NCBI GenBank assembly: GCA_023412915.1
Contig: JAEZRE010000001.1
Location: 23,040-87,039 of the forward strand
Length of the DNA stretch: 64,000 bases
Source of the DNA: Bacillota bacterium
Lineage (GTDB): Bacteria > Bacillota > Clostridia > Acetivibrionales > DTU013
Reading direction: 5' to 3'
In this document: positions 19,600 to 29,579 of the stretch, one piece after another
How positions within the stretch are numbered: position 1 is the stretch's first letter
How the letters are laid out: each line of letters opens with the position of its first letter
Made by a program: the position numbers and the translations under genes
Notes under the pieces: generated by a model
The model's database searches: none
What the model was told of the DNA's origin: nothing
The model's input: the letters and a program-made list of their open reading frames with translations, nothing else

Positions 19600-20694
19600 T
19601 CATTTTATCTCGAGCAGCGCCATCGTTACGTCGTCCTGAAGTTCGTTCACACTCTTTATCCCCGCAAAGTGAAACGCGGATTTTTTGACCTCGAGCAGAA
19701 GCTTTTTAGGCTTCAGATCGCTGTTCAGCAAAACGTCGAGCAGGCGGTCCTCCCCGAATTGTTCATTTTCCGGATTCTTCATTTCGAGTATCCCGTCGGA
19801 ATAAAGGAAAAGCTTGTCACCGGATTCCAACCTGACAGATCCGTTTTTGTAATCCGGTTTTTTCATCCAGTTGCTTATCGGTATACCGGGCATTTTAAGC
19901 AGTTCGAACTTATTCCTGCCATATACCGCCGGAATCACGTTCAATCCGGCATTTGAATAGAGCAGAGTTTTATCGTCGAGATCCAGAATTGCATAGAATA
20001 GTGAAATATATAATTCTTCGTCCAGCTTGCTCTGGTTGAACTCGGCATACAGCTCCTCGAGCGCCTTTGCAGGCGAAAGCAGTTTCTTGTTCAGCGTCGA
20101 ACGAAGAAACACCGTTAACAGTGATGCAGGAACGCCGTGTCCCGATACGTCGGCAAGGTAAAGACCCAGATGTGAGCCGTCTATGTAAAAAATATCGGCA
20201 AAATCCCCTCCAAGTGCTTCGCAGGGCATAAAAATCAAAGAATAATCCAGACGTTTGTCCGACAGGGGGCCGGGGAGCAGGCTGGCCTGCAGCTTTCGGG
20301 CCATATCAAGGTTGCCCTTCAGCTTTTTGTTTTGTTCCTGGGTCTTTTTGTACAATTGCTTTAGCTGAGTCGTTTCACGGAGCACTTCGACTGCCGCGAT
20401 AATATTCCCCTCGGCATTTCTTAACGGTGATGACATTACGGAAAAGTATCTGTCGTTAATCCGTTCTTCCTTTTCAAAGGATTTTCCCTCAAAGACAGCC
20501 TTCCTGGAGATACAGTTACTGCAGGGCCTGCTGCGGCCAAGCACTTCATAACATTTCAGGCATTCTGCATTATCGCCGACGCCCTCGGACATGGCCTTGT
20601 TCATAAACAGCACTTTATTATCGCTGTCCACGACTCTTACCCAGTCGAACATTCCGTTGACGATGTCCTCGATAAATGCCTGGTTTCTTCTCAA
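19600..20694 (-). CDS. PAS-domain PP2C (SpoIIE/RsbU-type) serine phosphatase
   Basis: The C-terminal half carries GGDFADIF..ADVSGHGVPASLL and YSDGILE motifs. The N-terminal PAS-like domain has four Cys (CLKC..CSNC). Confidence 0.8.
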   Translation of the reverse strand: MRRNQAFIEDIVNGMFDWVRVVDSDNKVLFMNKAMSEGVGDNAECLKCYEVLGRSRPCSNCISRKAVFEGKSFEKEERINDRYFSVMSSPLRNAEGNIIAAVEVLRETTQLKQLYKKTQEQNKKLKGNLDMARKLQASLLPGPLSDKRLDYSLIFMPCEALGGDFADIFYIDGSHLGLYLADVSGHGVPASLLTVFLRSTLNKKLLSPAKALEELYAEFNQSKLDEELYISLFYAILDLDDKTLLYSNAGLNVIPAVYGRNKFELLKMPGIPISNWMKKPDYKNGSVRLESGDKLFLYSDGILEMKNPENEQFGEDRLLDVLLNSDLKPKKLLLEVKKSAFHFAGIKSVNELQDDVTMALLEIK

Positions 20695-20873
20695 CGTTTC
20701 CGTACGACCACCTCCAAAATAGATGATATCAAATTAACAACGTTAAGTAAATCACCCGGTCTCATGCTGACAATGATTACAAGATATATGATATTTGGCA
20801 GTCTCATGAAACATTAGTAATAAAACTATAAACTTTGGAAATAATATATAAAAAAGGGTGATCAGGAGTTAAG

Positions 20874-21473
20874 ATGCTGATAAAGACAGCCGCCGGACAG
20901 CAATATATTAATGTAAACAGCACGACTGCGTTCCAGTGCTTCACGGACGCGCTTCATGCACATATTTCCAAGGCGCTCGGGAATGGACGCAGGTCTCTTG
21001 TCTTTGTCTGTATCGGTACCGACAGGTCCACGGGCGACAGTCTAGGTCCGCTCATAGGTCATAAAATATCCGGCCTTAAGGCGAAAGGCCTGTATGTTTA
21101 CGGCAATCTTGAAAACCCTGTCCACGCAAAAAATCTGGATGAAATAATGAAACGAATCACGAACGACTGCGACAATCCGTTTATAATAGCGATAGACGCA
21201 TGTCTCGGGAGCATGGAGCACGTTGGCTGGATCGGGATCGGCGACGGCCCTATAAAGCCAGGTTCCGGCGTAAACAAGGAGCTTGCGCCTGTCGGAGACA
21301 TGTTCGTGACGGGTATAGTCAACTTCGGAGGGTTCATGGACTTTCTGGTCCTGCAGAATACGCGCCTGCATATAGTGATGAAAATAGCCGACCTGATCGC
21401 AACCGGTATACGCTATGTCATGTGGAAGCTGGAGAAGGACGGGGAGACCGTACCTTCAGATGAGATATCCTAA
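20874..21473 (+). CDS. yyaC: Putative sporulation protein YyaC (GPR-like spore protease family)
   Basis: CIGTDRSTGDSLGPLIG and IIAIDACLG motifs are characteristic of YyaC. Confidence 0.8.
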   Translation: MLIKTAAGQQYINVNSTTAFQCFTDALHAHISKALGNGRRSLVFVCIGTDRSTGDSLGPLIGHKISGLKAKGLYVYGNLENPVHAKNLDEIMKRITNDCDNPFIIAIDACLGSMEHVGWIGIGDGPIKPGSGVNKELAPVGDMFVTGIVNFGGFMDFLVLQNTRLHIVMKIADLIATGIRYVMWKLEKDGETVPSDEIS

Positions 21474-21601
21474 ACTCCATTTATATTCTGTTTCATATCC
21501 GGAACTTATTTGTTCAGACATTTCTCAAATATTTCGTTATAATTATATAGAATGAGATTTGCGCGAGTTATCATTTCACATATAAATTTCGGAGGTATCT
21601 T

Positions 21602-22126
21602 ATGAACAGAACAGGAAAGACAATCGGAGGAATATTCATATTAATAGGTATCATGTTCCTCCTCAAAAATTTTCACATATTCGAACCCTTATGGAGCGTA
21701 TTTGATTTAGGCTTCATTTTATCAAGGTTCTGGGCGGCGATCTTCATTATACTGCCGGGTATAATGTTCCACTCGGGCTTTTTCTCCGGCAACAGAAGGA
21801 ATCCCGGATTGCTGGTGCCGGGCGGTATTTTGCTCGTAACGGGCGCAGCGCTTCAGATCGGCGCACTTTTCGGAGGCTGGAACATAATCTGGCCGGCATT
21901 TATTTTCGCACCTGCCTTTGGACTGTTTGAACTTTACTATTTCGGCAACAGGGAAAAGGGACTGCTGATACCCGTCGGTATACTTACAGGGCTTTCTGCG
22001 CTGTTCTTCCTGTCGTTTTCACTGGGCAAGCTTTTAAGCTTCAGCACGAAACCGTTCGTATTGCCGCTTATACTGATAGGAATAGGAGTCGCGGTGCTGA
22101 GCAGGGGAAAGAGTAAAAAATACTGA
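21602..22126 (+). CDS. Small polytopic membrane protein (LiaI/LiaF-TM-like), function unknown
   Basis: 174 aa, 5-6 hydrophobic helices, no recognisable catalytic motif. Confidence 0.5.
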   Translation: MNRTGKTIGGIFILIGIMFLLKNFHIFEPLWSVFDLGFILSRFWAAIFIILPGIMFHSGFFSGNRRNPGLLVPGGILLVTGAALQIGALFGGWNIIWPAFIFAPAFGLFELYYFGNREKGLLIPVGILTGLSALFFLSFSLGKLLSFSTKPFVLPLILIGIGVAVLSRGKSKKY

Positions 22127-22201
22127 AGATTATCCGTTTATCGCTCCGCTTCCGGGGGAATATAGTTATAGAAAATATTTTGGAAACGGAGATGGTATGT
22201 G

Positions 22202-22360
22202 ATGGATAAGTACGTTTGCACAGCTTGCGGTTATGTTTATGATCCTGAGGTGGGGGATCCGGATTCCGGTATCGCTCCCGGCACAAAATTCGAGGATATA
22301 CCTGAGGATTGGGTTTGCCCGGTTTGCGGAGTAGGAAAGGACATGTTCGAAAAAGAGTAA
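22202..22360 (+). CDS. rd: Rubredoxin (52 aa, below the ORF-track size cut-off)
   Basis: Translation is [52 protein letters not shown]. It has both CxxCG knuckles and a GGAGA RBS 8-10 nt upstream. Confidence 0.9.
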   Translation: MDKYVCTACGYVYDPEVGDPDSGIAPGTKFEDIPEDWVCPVCGVGKDMFEKE

Positions 22361-22378
22361 ATATTTGAAAATATGTTA

Positions 22379-22406
22379 TTGATTCAGTAATATTTTATGT
22401 TATAAT
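22379..22406 (+). promoter_or_regulatory. Candidate glnA promoter
   Basis: TTGATT (22379-22384), 16-nt spacer, TATAAT (22401-22406). Confidence 0.5.
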
Positions 22407-22435
22407 GAAGACAATAAAAACGGGCAAATCTGCTA

Positions 22436-22489
22436 TTAAGAACAAAAGCGTTCTTAAACGGGTCAAATACCAGCTTAAGACGCTTTTTT
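22436..22489 (+). promoter_or_regulatory. glnA leader with mutually exclusive antiterminator hairpin and intrinsic terminator
   Basis: Hairpin A is TTAAGAAC-AAAAGC-GTTCTTAA (22436-22457). The terminator pairs AGCGTTCTTAA (22447-22457) with TTAAGACGCT (22475-22484) and is followed by T6. The two structures share 22447-22457. Confidence 0.6.
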
Positions 22490-22514
22490 GATGTAATGCT
22501 CTGGAGGTGTTAGA

Positions 22515-23849
22515 ATGCCGAGTTACACTAAGGAAGATATCATAAGCATGGTAAACGAGCAGGACGTGCAATTCATAAGGCTGCAGTTCACCGATATATT
22601 CGGTACGCTTAAAAATGTGGCGATCACCGCGGGCCAGCTTGAGAAGGCTCTTGACAATAAATGCATGTTTGACGGCTCATCCATAGAAGGCTTTGTCAGG
22701 ATAGAAGAATCCGACATGTACTTAAGGCCCGATATCAACACTTTTGTGATATTCCCATGGAGACCGCAGACCGGTAAAGTCGCAAGGATGATATGCGACG
22801 TATACAACCCTGACGGAACGCCTTTCGCAGGCGACCCGAGATACGTACTCAAGAGGACGCTTGAAAAGGCTGAAAGGATGGGCTTCGATACGTTCAACGT
22901 GGGACCGGAATGCGAATTCTTCCTCTTCCTCACCGATGCCGAAGGTAACCCGACAACCATAACGCACGATAACGGCGGTTATTTCGATCTAGGTCCCGTG
23001 GACCTTGGAGAGAACGCTAGAAGGGATATGTGCATTGCGCTCGAAGAAATGGGCTTTGAGGTGGAGGCTTCGCATCATGAAGTCGCACCGGGACAGCACG
23101 AGATAGATTTCAAATATGCCGACGCGTTGACTTCCGCGGACGCCATACTCACCTTCAAACTGGTCGTCAAGACCATTGCGCAGAGGCACGGCCTGCACGC
23201 CACCTTCATGCCGAAACCGATATACGGTATCGCAGGCTCCGGAATGCATGCAAATACTTCACTGTTCAAAAAAGGGAAGAACATGTTCTACGATGAAAAG
23301 GATCCGCTGCAGCTTAGCCAGGATGCCTATTGGTTCATCGGAGGACTTATGAAAAACATGCGCTCGATGTCAGCCCTGACAAACCCGCTCATCAATTCCT
23401 ATAAGAGGCTTGTTGCGGGCTATGAAGCGCCTGTATATATCGCCTGGTCCGCCAGGAACAGGAGCCCGCTGATCAGAGTACCTGCAGCCCGCGGAACGGC
23501 AACGAGGCTCGAACTGAGGTGCCCGGATCCCAGCTGCAATCCTTATCTTGCACTGGCAGCCGTACTGGCAGCAGGGTTGGACGGTATAGAGAACAAGATC
23601 CAACCGCCGGCGCCCTGTAACAAGAACATATTCCATATGACCGCCGAAGAGAGGGTCGCCGACAATATTGGTGAACTGCCGGGCAGCCTTGACGAAGCGA
23701 TAGCGGAAATGAAGAACAGCAGCTTTATCAAAACGGTTCTGGGCGACCATATTTTCAGCAAGTATATCGAAGCAAAGGAAGAGGAATGCAACGAATACAA
23801 GATGAGAATCAGCAAGTGGGAGATAGACAACTACCTTATGAAATATTAG
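22515..23849 (+). CDS. glnA: Glutamine synthetase type I
   Basis: 444 aa with canonical GS-I motifs ([48 protein letters not shown]). Confidence 0.95.
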   Translation: MPSYTKEDIISMVNEQDVQFIRLQFTDIFGTLKNVAITAGQLEKALDNKCMFDGSSIEGFVRIEESDMYLRPDINTFVIFPWRPQTGKVARMICDVYNPDGTPFAGDPRYVLKRTLEKAERMGFDTFNVGPECEFFLFLTDAEGNPTTITHDNGGYFDLGPVDLGENARRDMCIALEEMGFEVEASHHEVAPGQHEIDFKYADALTSADAILTFKLVVKTIAQRHGLHATFMPKPIYGIAGSGMHANTSLFKKGKNMFYDEKDPLQLSQDAYWFIGGLMKNMRSMSALTNPLINSYKRLVAGYEAPVYIAWSARNRSPLIRVPAARGTATRLELRCPDPSCNPYLALAAVLAAGLDGIENKIQPPAPCNKNIFHMTAEERVADNIGELPGSLDEAIAEMKNSSFIKTVLGDHIFSKYIEAKEEECNEYKMRISKWEIDNYLMKY

Positions 23850-23915
23850 TTTGTAGCTCCGTTTGTTCTGATCCGCCGGCAGATAGCCGGTATTTAAGCA
23901 TCTTGGAGAGAAGTT

Positions 23916-24122
23916 ATGGCTGATAAATATTGCCTGGGCGATATAGTTGAATTCAAAAAGGACCACCCCTGTGGGAGCAAACAGTGGGAGGTTATGAGGA
24001 CCGGCGCCGATTTCCGCGTCAAATGCCTCGGCTGTGGGCATCAGGTGATGCTGCCCCGTCCCAAATTCGAAAAAAGTGTAAAAAAGATAATAAAATCAAA
24101 TCTTCCGAACCCTGAGACCTGA
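23916..24122 (+). CDS. DUF951 family small protein
   Basis: 68 aa. The GDIVEFKKDHPCGS..W.V.R.GADFRVKCLGCGH pattern is typical of DUF951. Confidence 0.7.
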   Translation: MADKYCLGDIVEFKKDHPCGSKQWEVMRTGADFRVKCLGCGHQVMLPRPKFEKSVKKIIKSNLPNPET

Positions 24123-24195
24123 CTATTTGTCAGGTCTTTTCATGTCTCTCCATTTTTCGTATGCTTTCCGGCAATGTTGAAATAATAAACATACA

Positions 24196-24239
24196 GGATG
24201 TTTAGCGCCCTTGGCGCGCGAATTTCCACTAAAACATCC
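24196..24239 (+). repeat. 44-nt structured repeat, copy 1
   Basis: GGATGTTT-A-GCGCC-CTT-GGCGC-GCGAATTTCCACTA-AAACATCC. It has an 8-bp outer stem and an inner GC hairpin. Confidence 0.8.
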
Positions 24240-24244
24240 GCCGA

Positions 24245-24288
24245 GGATGTTTAGCGCCCTCAGGGCGCGAATTTCAATTAAAACATCC
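24245..24288 (+). repeat. 44-nt structured repeat, copy 2
   Basis: GGATGTTT-A-GCGCCC-TCA-GGGCGC-GAATTTCAATTA-AAACATCC. It lies 5 nt after copy 1, and the inner stem is kept by compensatory changes. Confidence 0.8.
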
Positions 24289-24322
24289 ACAGTGGAAATT
24301 ACTAAAATATGAGGATGATAAG

Positions 24323-25546
24323 ATGTATAATGACAGGAAGATTTTTGGGAAAATATTGATAACCTCGCTTGCATGTTCGCTGGTAGTTGGTTTGCTCGTT
24401 TTCTTCGCAGCGCCGCGGTATATCTCGCTTAACGAACCCGCCGGAGACAGGCAGAGCGGTAACGCCGCGCAGCAACTGCAAGCGCCTGCAGGAAAGACCA
24501 CTTCGGGAACGGACATGGTAAAAGGACAGCAGCAAGCTTTAAACGGAGGCCCCATTCTTAACGAGCTCGGACTTGCAGCTCCGGTTAGCCAGCTGGTTGC
24601 ACAAAAAGCGACTTCCGGGGTTGTGGGGATAACGGTCGAAAGGATCACACAGGACGGCGTCTTCAATAAGGACAGGGCAACCGAGATAGGTGTCGGTTCC
24701 GGGGCCATTGTAAGCCAGGACGGCTACATTTTAACCAACAACCATGTCGCAGGCGGTAAAAGCAACAGGATAACAGTATCATTCGCCGACGGAAGAAATG
24801 AGGACGGCGAAGTGGTCTGGGCGGATCCCGTGATCGACCTTGCCGTCGTCAAGGTAAATCTTACAGGTCTCACGACTCTCAAGCTCGGCGATGCGACCAA
24901 GCTCCAGGTAGGGGAGCCTGCCGTTGCGATCGGAAATCCTCTGGGTCTCGAGTTTCAGCGATCGGTTACCTCGGGCATAGTAAGCGCTTTGAACAGGACT
25001 ATCAGCATCGATACGGACGCGGGCACCAACTACATGGAAGACCTGATACAGACGGATGCAAGCATAAATCCGGGAAACAGCGGCGGACCGCTGCTCAATT
25101 CCAAAGGCGAAGTGGTCGGCATCAATACGGTAAAGGTCGAAAGCGCTGAAGGCATGGGATTTGCGATACCTATAAACATAGCCAAGCCGATAGTTTCAAA
25201 ACTTGTCGGGACGGGAAAATTTGCGGAGCCCTATCTCGGGGTGTTCGCTTATGACCGCGCGGTGTTCCCGTATATAAACGGAGCGCCCGATGTACCGGAC
25301 GGAGTATTTATCTCGAAAGTTGACAATAACGGTCCCGCATTCAGGGCAGGGATCCGGCAGGGCTGCGTAATAAGCCAGATTGACGGAATAACGATCAATA
25401 CGATGCTGCAGTTGAGGGAATATCTTTATTCAAAGACTCCCGGAGATACGGTCAAGCTCACGCATCTGAAACAGGGCACGAATAACTGGGCTTCGGCAAC
25501 CGTTGTGCTTGGTGAAAAAACGAAGGATGGCATGATTACAAGATAA
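24323..25546 (+). CDS. htrA: HtrA/DegP-family serine protease with a PDZ domain, membrane-anchored
   Basis: N-terminal TM helix, catalytic H (LTNNHV), D and S (GNSGGPLLN), and a C-terminal PDZ domain. Confidence 0.9.
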   Translation: MYNDRKIFGKILITSLACSLVVGLLVFFAAPRYISLNEPAGDRQSGNAAQQLQAPAGKTTSGTDMVKGQQQALNGGPILNELGLAAPVSQLVAQKATSGVVGITVERITQDGVFNKDRATEIGVGSGAIVSQDGYILTNNHVAGGKSNRITVSFADGRNEDGEVVWADPVIDLAVVKVNLTGLTTLKLGDATKLQVGEPAVAIGNPLGLEFQRSVTSGIVSALNRTISIDTDAGTNYMEDLIQTDASINPGNSGGPLLNSKGEVVGINTVKVESAEGMGFAIPINIAKPIVSKLVGTGKFAEPYLGVFAYDRAVFPYINGAPDVPDGVFISKVDNNGPAFRAGIRQGCVISQIDGITINTMLQLREYLYSKTPGDTVKLTHLKQGTNNWASATVVLGEKTKDGMITR

Positions 25547-25686
25547 TTATATTTTAACGATTCCTAAAAAATCAGGCACAGAAGGTATATTTTGCTTGTC
25601 GTTCTGGCAACACTCTGGTAAGGATCCGTTTGCCGGGCAGGCGGACCGGTTGCGTTGCAAACAAACGATATGCGGGGGTTGTGCCG

Positions 25687-25974
25687 ATGGCGGATATAAT
25701 AAAAAACAGCATGAATTTCGAAAAAATGATGAAGCTTTATCTCAGGCAGGCCAGGCTTAAACTTGATGGCGATCTGACGGGGACAAGGGAAGCGATACGC
25801 CTGATAGCGGCCGAAAAAGCAAGAGATTTTGTCGAAGCGATGGATGTAGGCCTGGGCAAGGAGGAAAGGGAATTTCTCAAGATGCTGATCATTACGAGCA
25901 TGCACCAATCCTTTTGTTATGGATATGGTATCGGTAAAATAGAAGGAAATACCAAAGACAAAATATATTTGTAA
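25687..25974 (+). CDS. Hypothetical protein (95 aa)
   Basis: ATG after a G-rich RBS, with no recognisable motif. The track ORF starts at 25630. Confidence 0.35.
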   Translation: MADIIKNSMNFEKMMKLYLRQARLKLDGDLTGTREAIRLIAAEKARDFVEAMDVGLGKEEREFLKMLIITSMHQSFCYGYGIGKIEGNTKDKIYL

Positions 25975-26048
25975 GGTTATGTAAATTATAAGCGCAAGAA
26001 AGCATAAAAAAGGACAACTTAACAAAGCAATATAAGTGAATAATTTCC

Positions 26049-26077
26049 TTGACACTGCCTGAGCATGCTGATAGAAT
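26049..26077 (+). promoter_or_regulatory. Promoter of the ilv-leu leader
   Basis: TTGACA (26049-26054), 17-nt spacer, extended -10 TGaTAGAAT (26069-26077). Confidence 0.65.
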
Positions 26078-26083
26078 ATAATA

Positions 26084-26363
26084 CAATTAATTTAAAAAGG
26101 CAGCGCAATGAAGGAAAGAAGACAGCTTCCGGGTGCTCAAGAGAGCCGGTGTTTGGTGCGAACCGGTGCATAGGATCTGTGGATGACTCGTTCCGGAGCT
26201 TCATTATTGCGATATGTAAAATTGCAGTAATGACGTTGACTACGTTACAGTCAAGTACAAAAGTACTTGCCGAGGATAAGCGAAATGCTTGTCAAATCAG
26301 GGTGGTACCACGTTGGAAGTTTCCCTTCGTCCCTGCAGTAATGCAGTTGGCGAGGGGTTTTTT
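26084..26363 (+). promoter_or_regulatory. T-box riboswitch leader (probable Leu specifier CUC) with terminator
   Basis: Stem I has an AGAGAG bulge (26139-26144) and the distal loop GGTGCGA (26154-26160). The candidate specifier CUC is at 26187-26189. The T-box sequence AATCAGGGTGGTACCACG is at ~26295-26312. The terminator CCCTTCG../..CGAGGGG plus T6 is at 26323-26363. Confidence 0.85.
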
Positions 26364-26387
26364 ATACCTGTGGAAGGGGGAGATATT

Positions 26388-28016
26388 ATGAAGATCACCG
26401 GAGCCGAAGCAATTATCAAAGCGCTTGAAATGGAACATACGGAAGTCGTGTTCGGTTATCCCGGTGCCGCGATCTCTCCGTTTTATGACGCGCTGCTGGG
26501 AAGCGGCATCCGTCACATACTCACGAGACACGAGCAGGGAGCGGCCCACGCAGCAAACGGATATGCGCGTGTAACAGGGCGCGCGGGGGTTTGCGTTGCT
26601 ACCTCGGGGCCTGGCGCAACTAATCTGATAACGGGGATAGCAAACGCATATATGGACAGCATACCGATCGTAGCCATTACGGGACAGGTCTCGGTCGGCA
26701 TGATAGGCACGGATGCCTTCCAGGAAGCCGATATTACAGGGGCGACCGCCCCGTTCAGCAAACACAATTATCTTGTCAAAAGGGCGGAAGATCTTCCGAG
26801 GATCATACGCGAGGCCTTCCATATAGCGTTGACGGGCCGGCCCGGGCCTGTCGTGATAGACGTGCCTGTCGATGTTCAGACAAGTGTTATTGAGTTCAGG
26901 TATCCCGATTCGATCGATATAAAGGGTTACAAGCCCACCTACAAAGGACATCCGATGCAGGTCAGAAAGGCCGCGGCAGCTTTGGAAGAGGCTGAGCGTC
27001 CGGTAATATGCGCCGGGGGCGGCGTCATTACCGCGAACGCTTTCGAGGAATTGCGCGAACTTGCGGAAAGGCGTAACATACCTGTAACGACGACTTTGAT
27101 GGGAATAGGCTCCATACCCTCGGACCATCCTTTACATTTCGGCATGATCGGCACACACGGCAGCCGGATGGCTAATTACGCTCTGCACCACGCAGACCTT
27201 GTCCTTTTCCTGGGTGCAAGAGTCGGAGACCGCGCCGTGGGAGCGGCCAGCATGCTGGCAAACAAGGCCAGAATCATCCATATAGATATAGATCCCGCGG
27301 AAATCGGAAAAAATATAGACACGGCGATCCCTCTTGTGGGCGACGTCAGGCTGATACTGCAGGATATACTCGCACTTGTGAAACCGGGCGGCAAAAAGGA
27401 ATGGGCCGATACCATGACCGAACAGAGGCGGAATAGGCGGATGAAACCTGAATCCGTCGCGGATTCATCCTTTGTAAGCCCCAAATACCTGCTTTCGATA
27501 TTGGCAGGGTATCTGCCCGAGAATGCCATTCTGGCTACTGAAGTGGGTCAGAACCAAATCTGGGCAGCAAATAATTATGGCTTTAGCAAGCCGAAGACCT
27601 TCATCTCGTCCGGAGGACTCGGTACGATGGGTTACGGTCTGCCCGCGGCGATAGGCGCCAAGCTCGGAAGACCCGAGCTGCCGGTTATCGTAATCAGCGG
27701 CGACGGCAGTTTCCAGATGTCCGTGCAGGAACTGGGCACAATGAAACAATACGGTATTGATATTAAAATAATTCTTTTTAACAACTGCCGACTGGGCATG
27801 GTACGCGAGCTTCAGCTGTCCAAACACGGAGGCCGCTATTCGCAGGTTTGCCTGGACAGTAATCCGGACTTTGTCAGGCTGGTATCGGCGTATGGCTTCA
27901 AAGGCGAGAGGATCACCTGCGACGCTATGGTAAAACCGGCTCTTGAACGGCTGGCCTCATCGGATGGCCCTTACCTTCTGGAATGCGCTGTGGATCCCAT
28001 GGAAGCTACGCTGTAG
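26388..28016 (+). CDS. ilvB: Acetolactate synthase large subunit
   Basis: MKITGAEAIIKALE..GYPG, ThDP motif GGLGTMGYGLPAAIGA..GDGSFQM. The start was set at the ATG after the GGGGGAG RBS, because the track extension to 26289 runs through the T-box. Confidence 0.93.
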   Translation: MKITGAEAIIKALEMEHTEVVFGYPGAAISPFYDALLGSGIRHILTRHEQGAAHAANGYARVTGRAGVCVATSGPGATNLITGIANAYMDSIPIVAITGQVSVGMIGTDAFQEADITGATAPFSKHNYLVKRAEDLPRIIREAFHIALTGRPGPVVIDVPVDVQTSVIEFRYPDSIDIKGYKPTYKGHPMQVRKAAAALEEAERPVICAGGGVITANAFEELRELAERRNIPVTTTLMGIGSIPSDHPLHFGMIGTHGSRMANYALHHADLVLFLGARVGDRAVGAASMLANKARIIHIDIDPAEIGKNIDTAIPLVGDVRLILQDILALVKPGGKKEWADTMTEQRRNRRMKPESVADSSFVSPKYLLSILAGYLPENAILATEVGQNQIWAANNYGFSKPKTFISSGGLGTMGYGLPAAIGAKLGRPELPVIVISGDGSFQMSVQELGTMKQYGIDIKIILFNNCRLGMVRELQLSKHGGRYSQVCLDSNPDFVRLVSAYGFKGERITCDAMVKPALERLASSDGPYLLECAVDPMEATL

Positions 28017-28066
28017 CCGACGTATATACGTTCAGTATTAAGTGATTAAGAAAGGGGTTGGAGTAA

Positions 28067-29579
<1,513 letters not shown>

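Noticed and set aside
22436-22457. Calling the glnA leader hairpin a bona fide ANTAR target.
   Set aside because: Only one hexaloop hairpin is evident, and its loop AAAAGC does not have G at position 4. The idea is kept only as a hypothesis.
24196-24288. The tandem 44-nt repeats as a possible CRISPR array.
   Set aside because: Only two adjacent copies are present, separated by 5 nt rather than a ~30-nt spacer. There are no cas genes, and the third copy is solitary 36 kb away.
24123-24708. Minus-strand ORFs (24123-24374, 24274-24708, 24302-24535) overlapping the structured repeats and htrA.
   Set aside because: They are antisense to a well-supported protease gene or run through the palindromic repeats. 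They have no RBS or motifs.
25564-26055. The 163-aa minus-strand ORF.
   Set aside because: It overlaps the + strand hypothetical ORF and the ilv promoter region. Its composition is AT-rich, hydrophobic and low-complexity, and it has no RBS.
26289-26387. The N-terminal extension of ilvB shown in the ORF track (MSNQGGTTLEVSLRPCSNAVGEGFFIPVEGGDI).
   Set aside because: This stretch is the T-box core and terminator of the leader RNA. The canonical ilvB N-terminus MKITGAEA follows a strong RBS at 26388.
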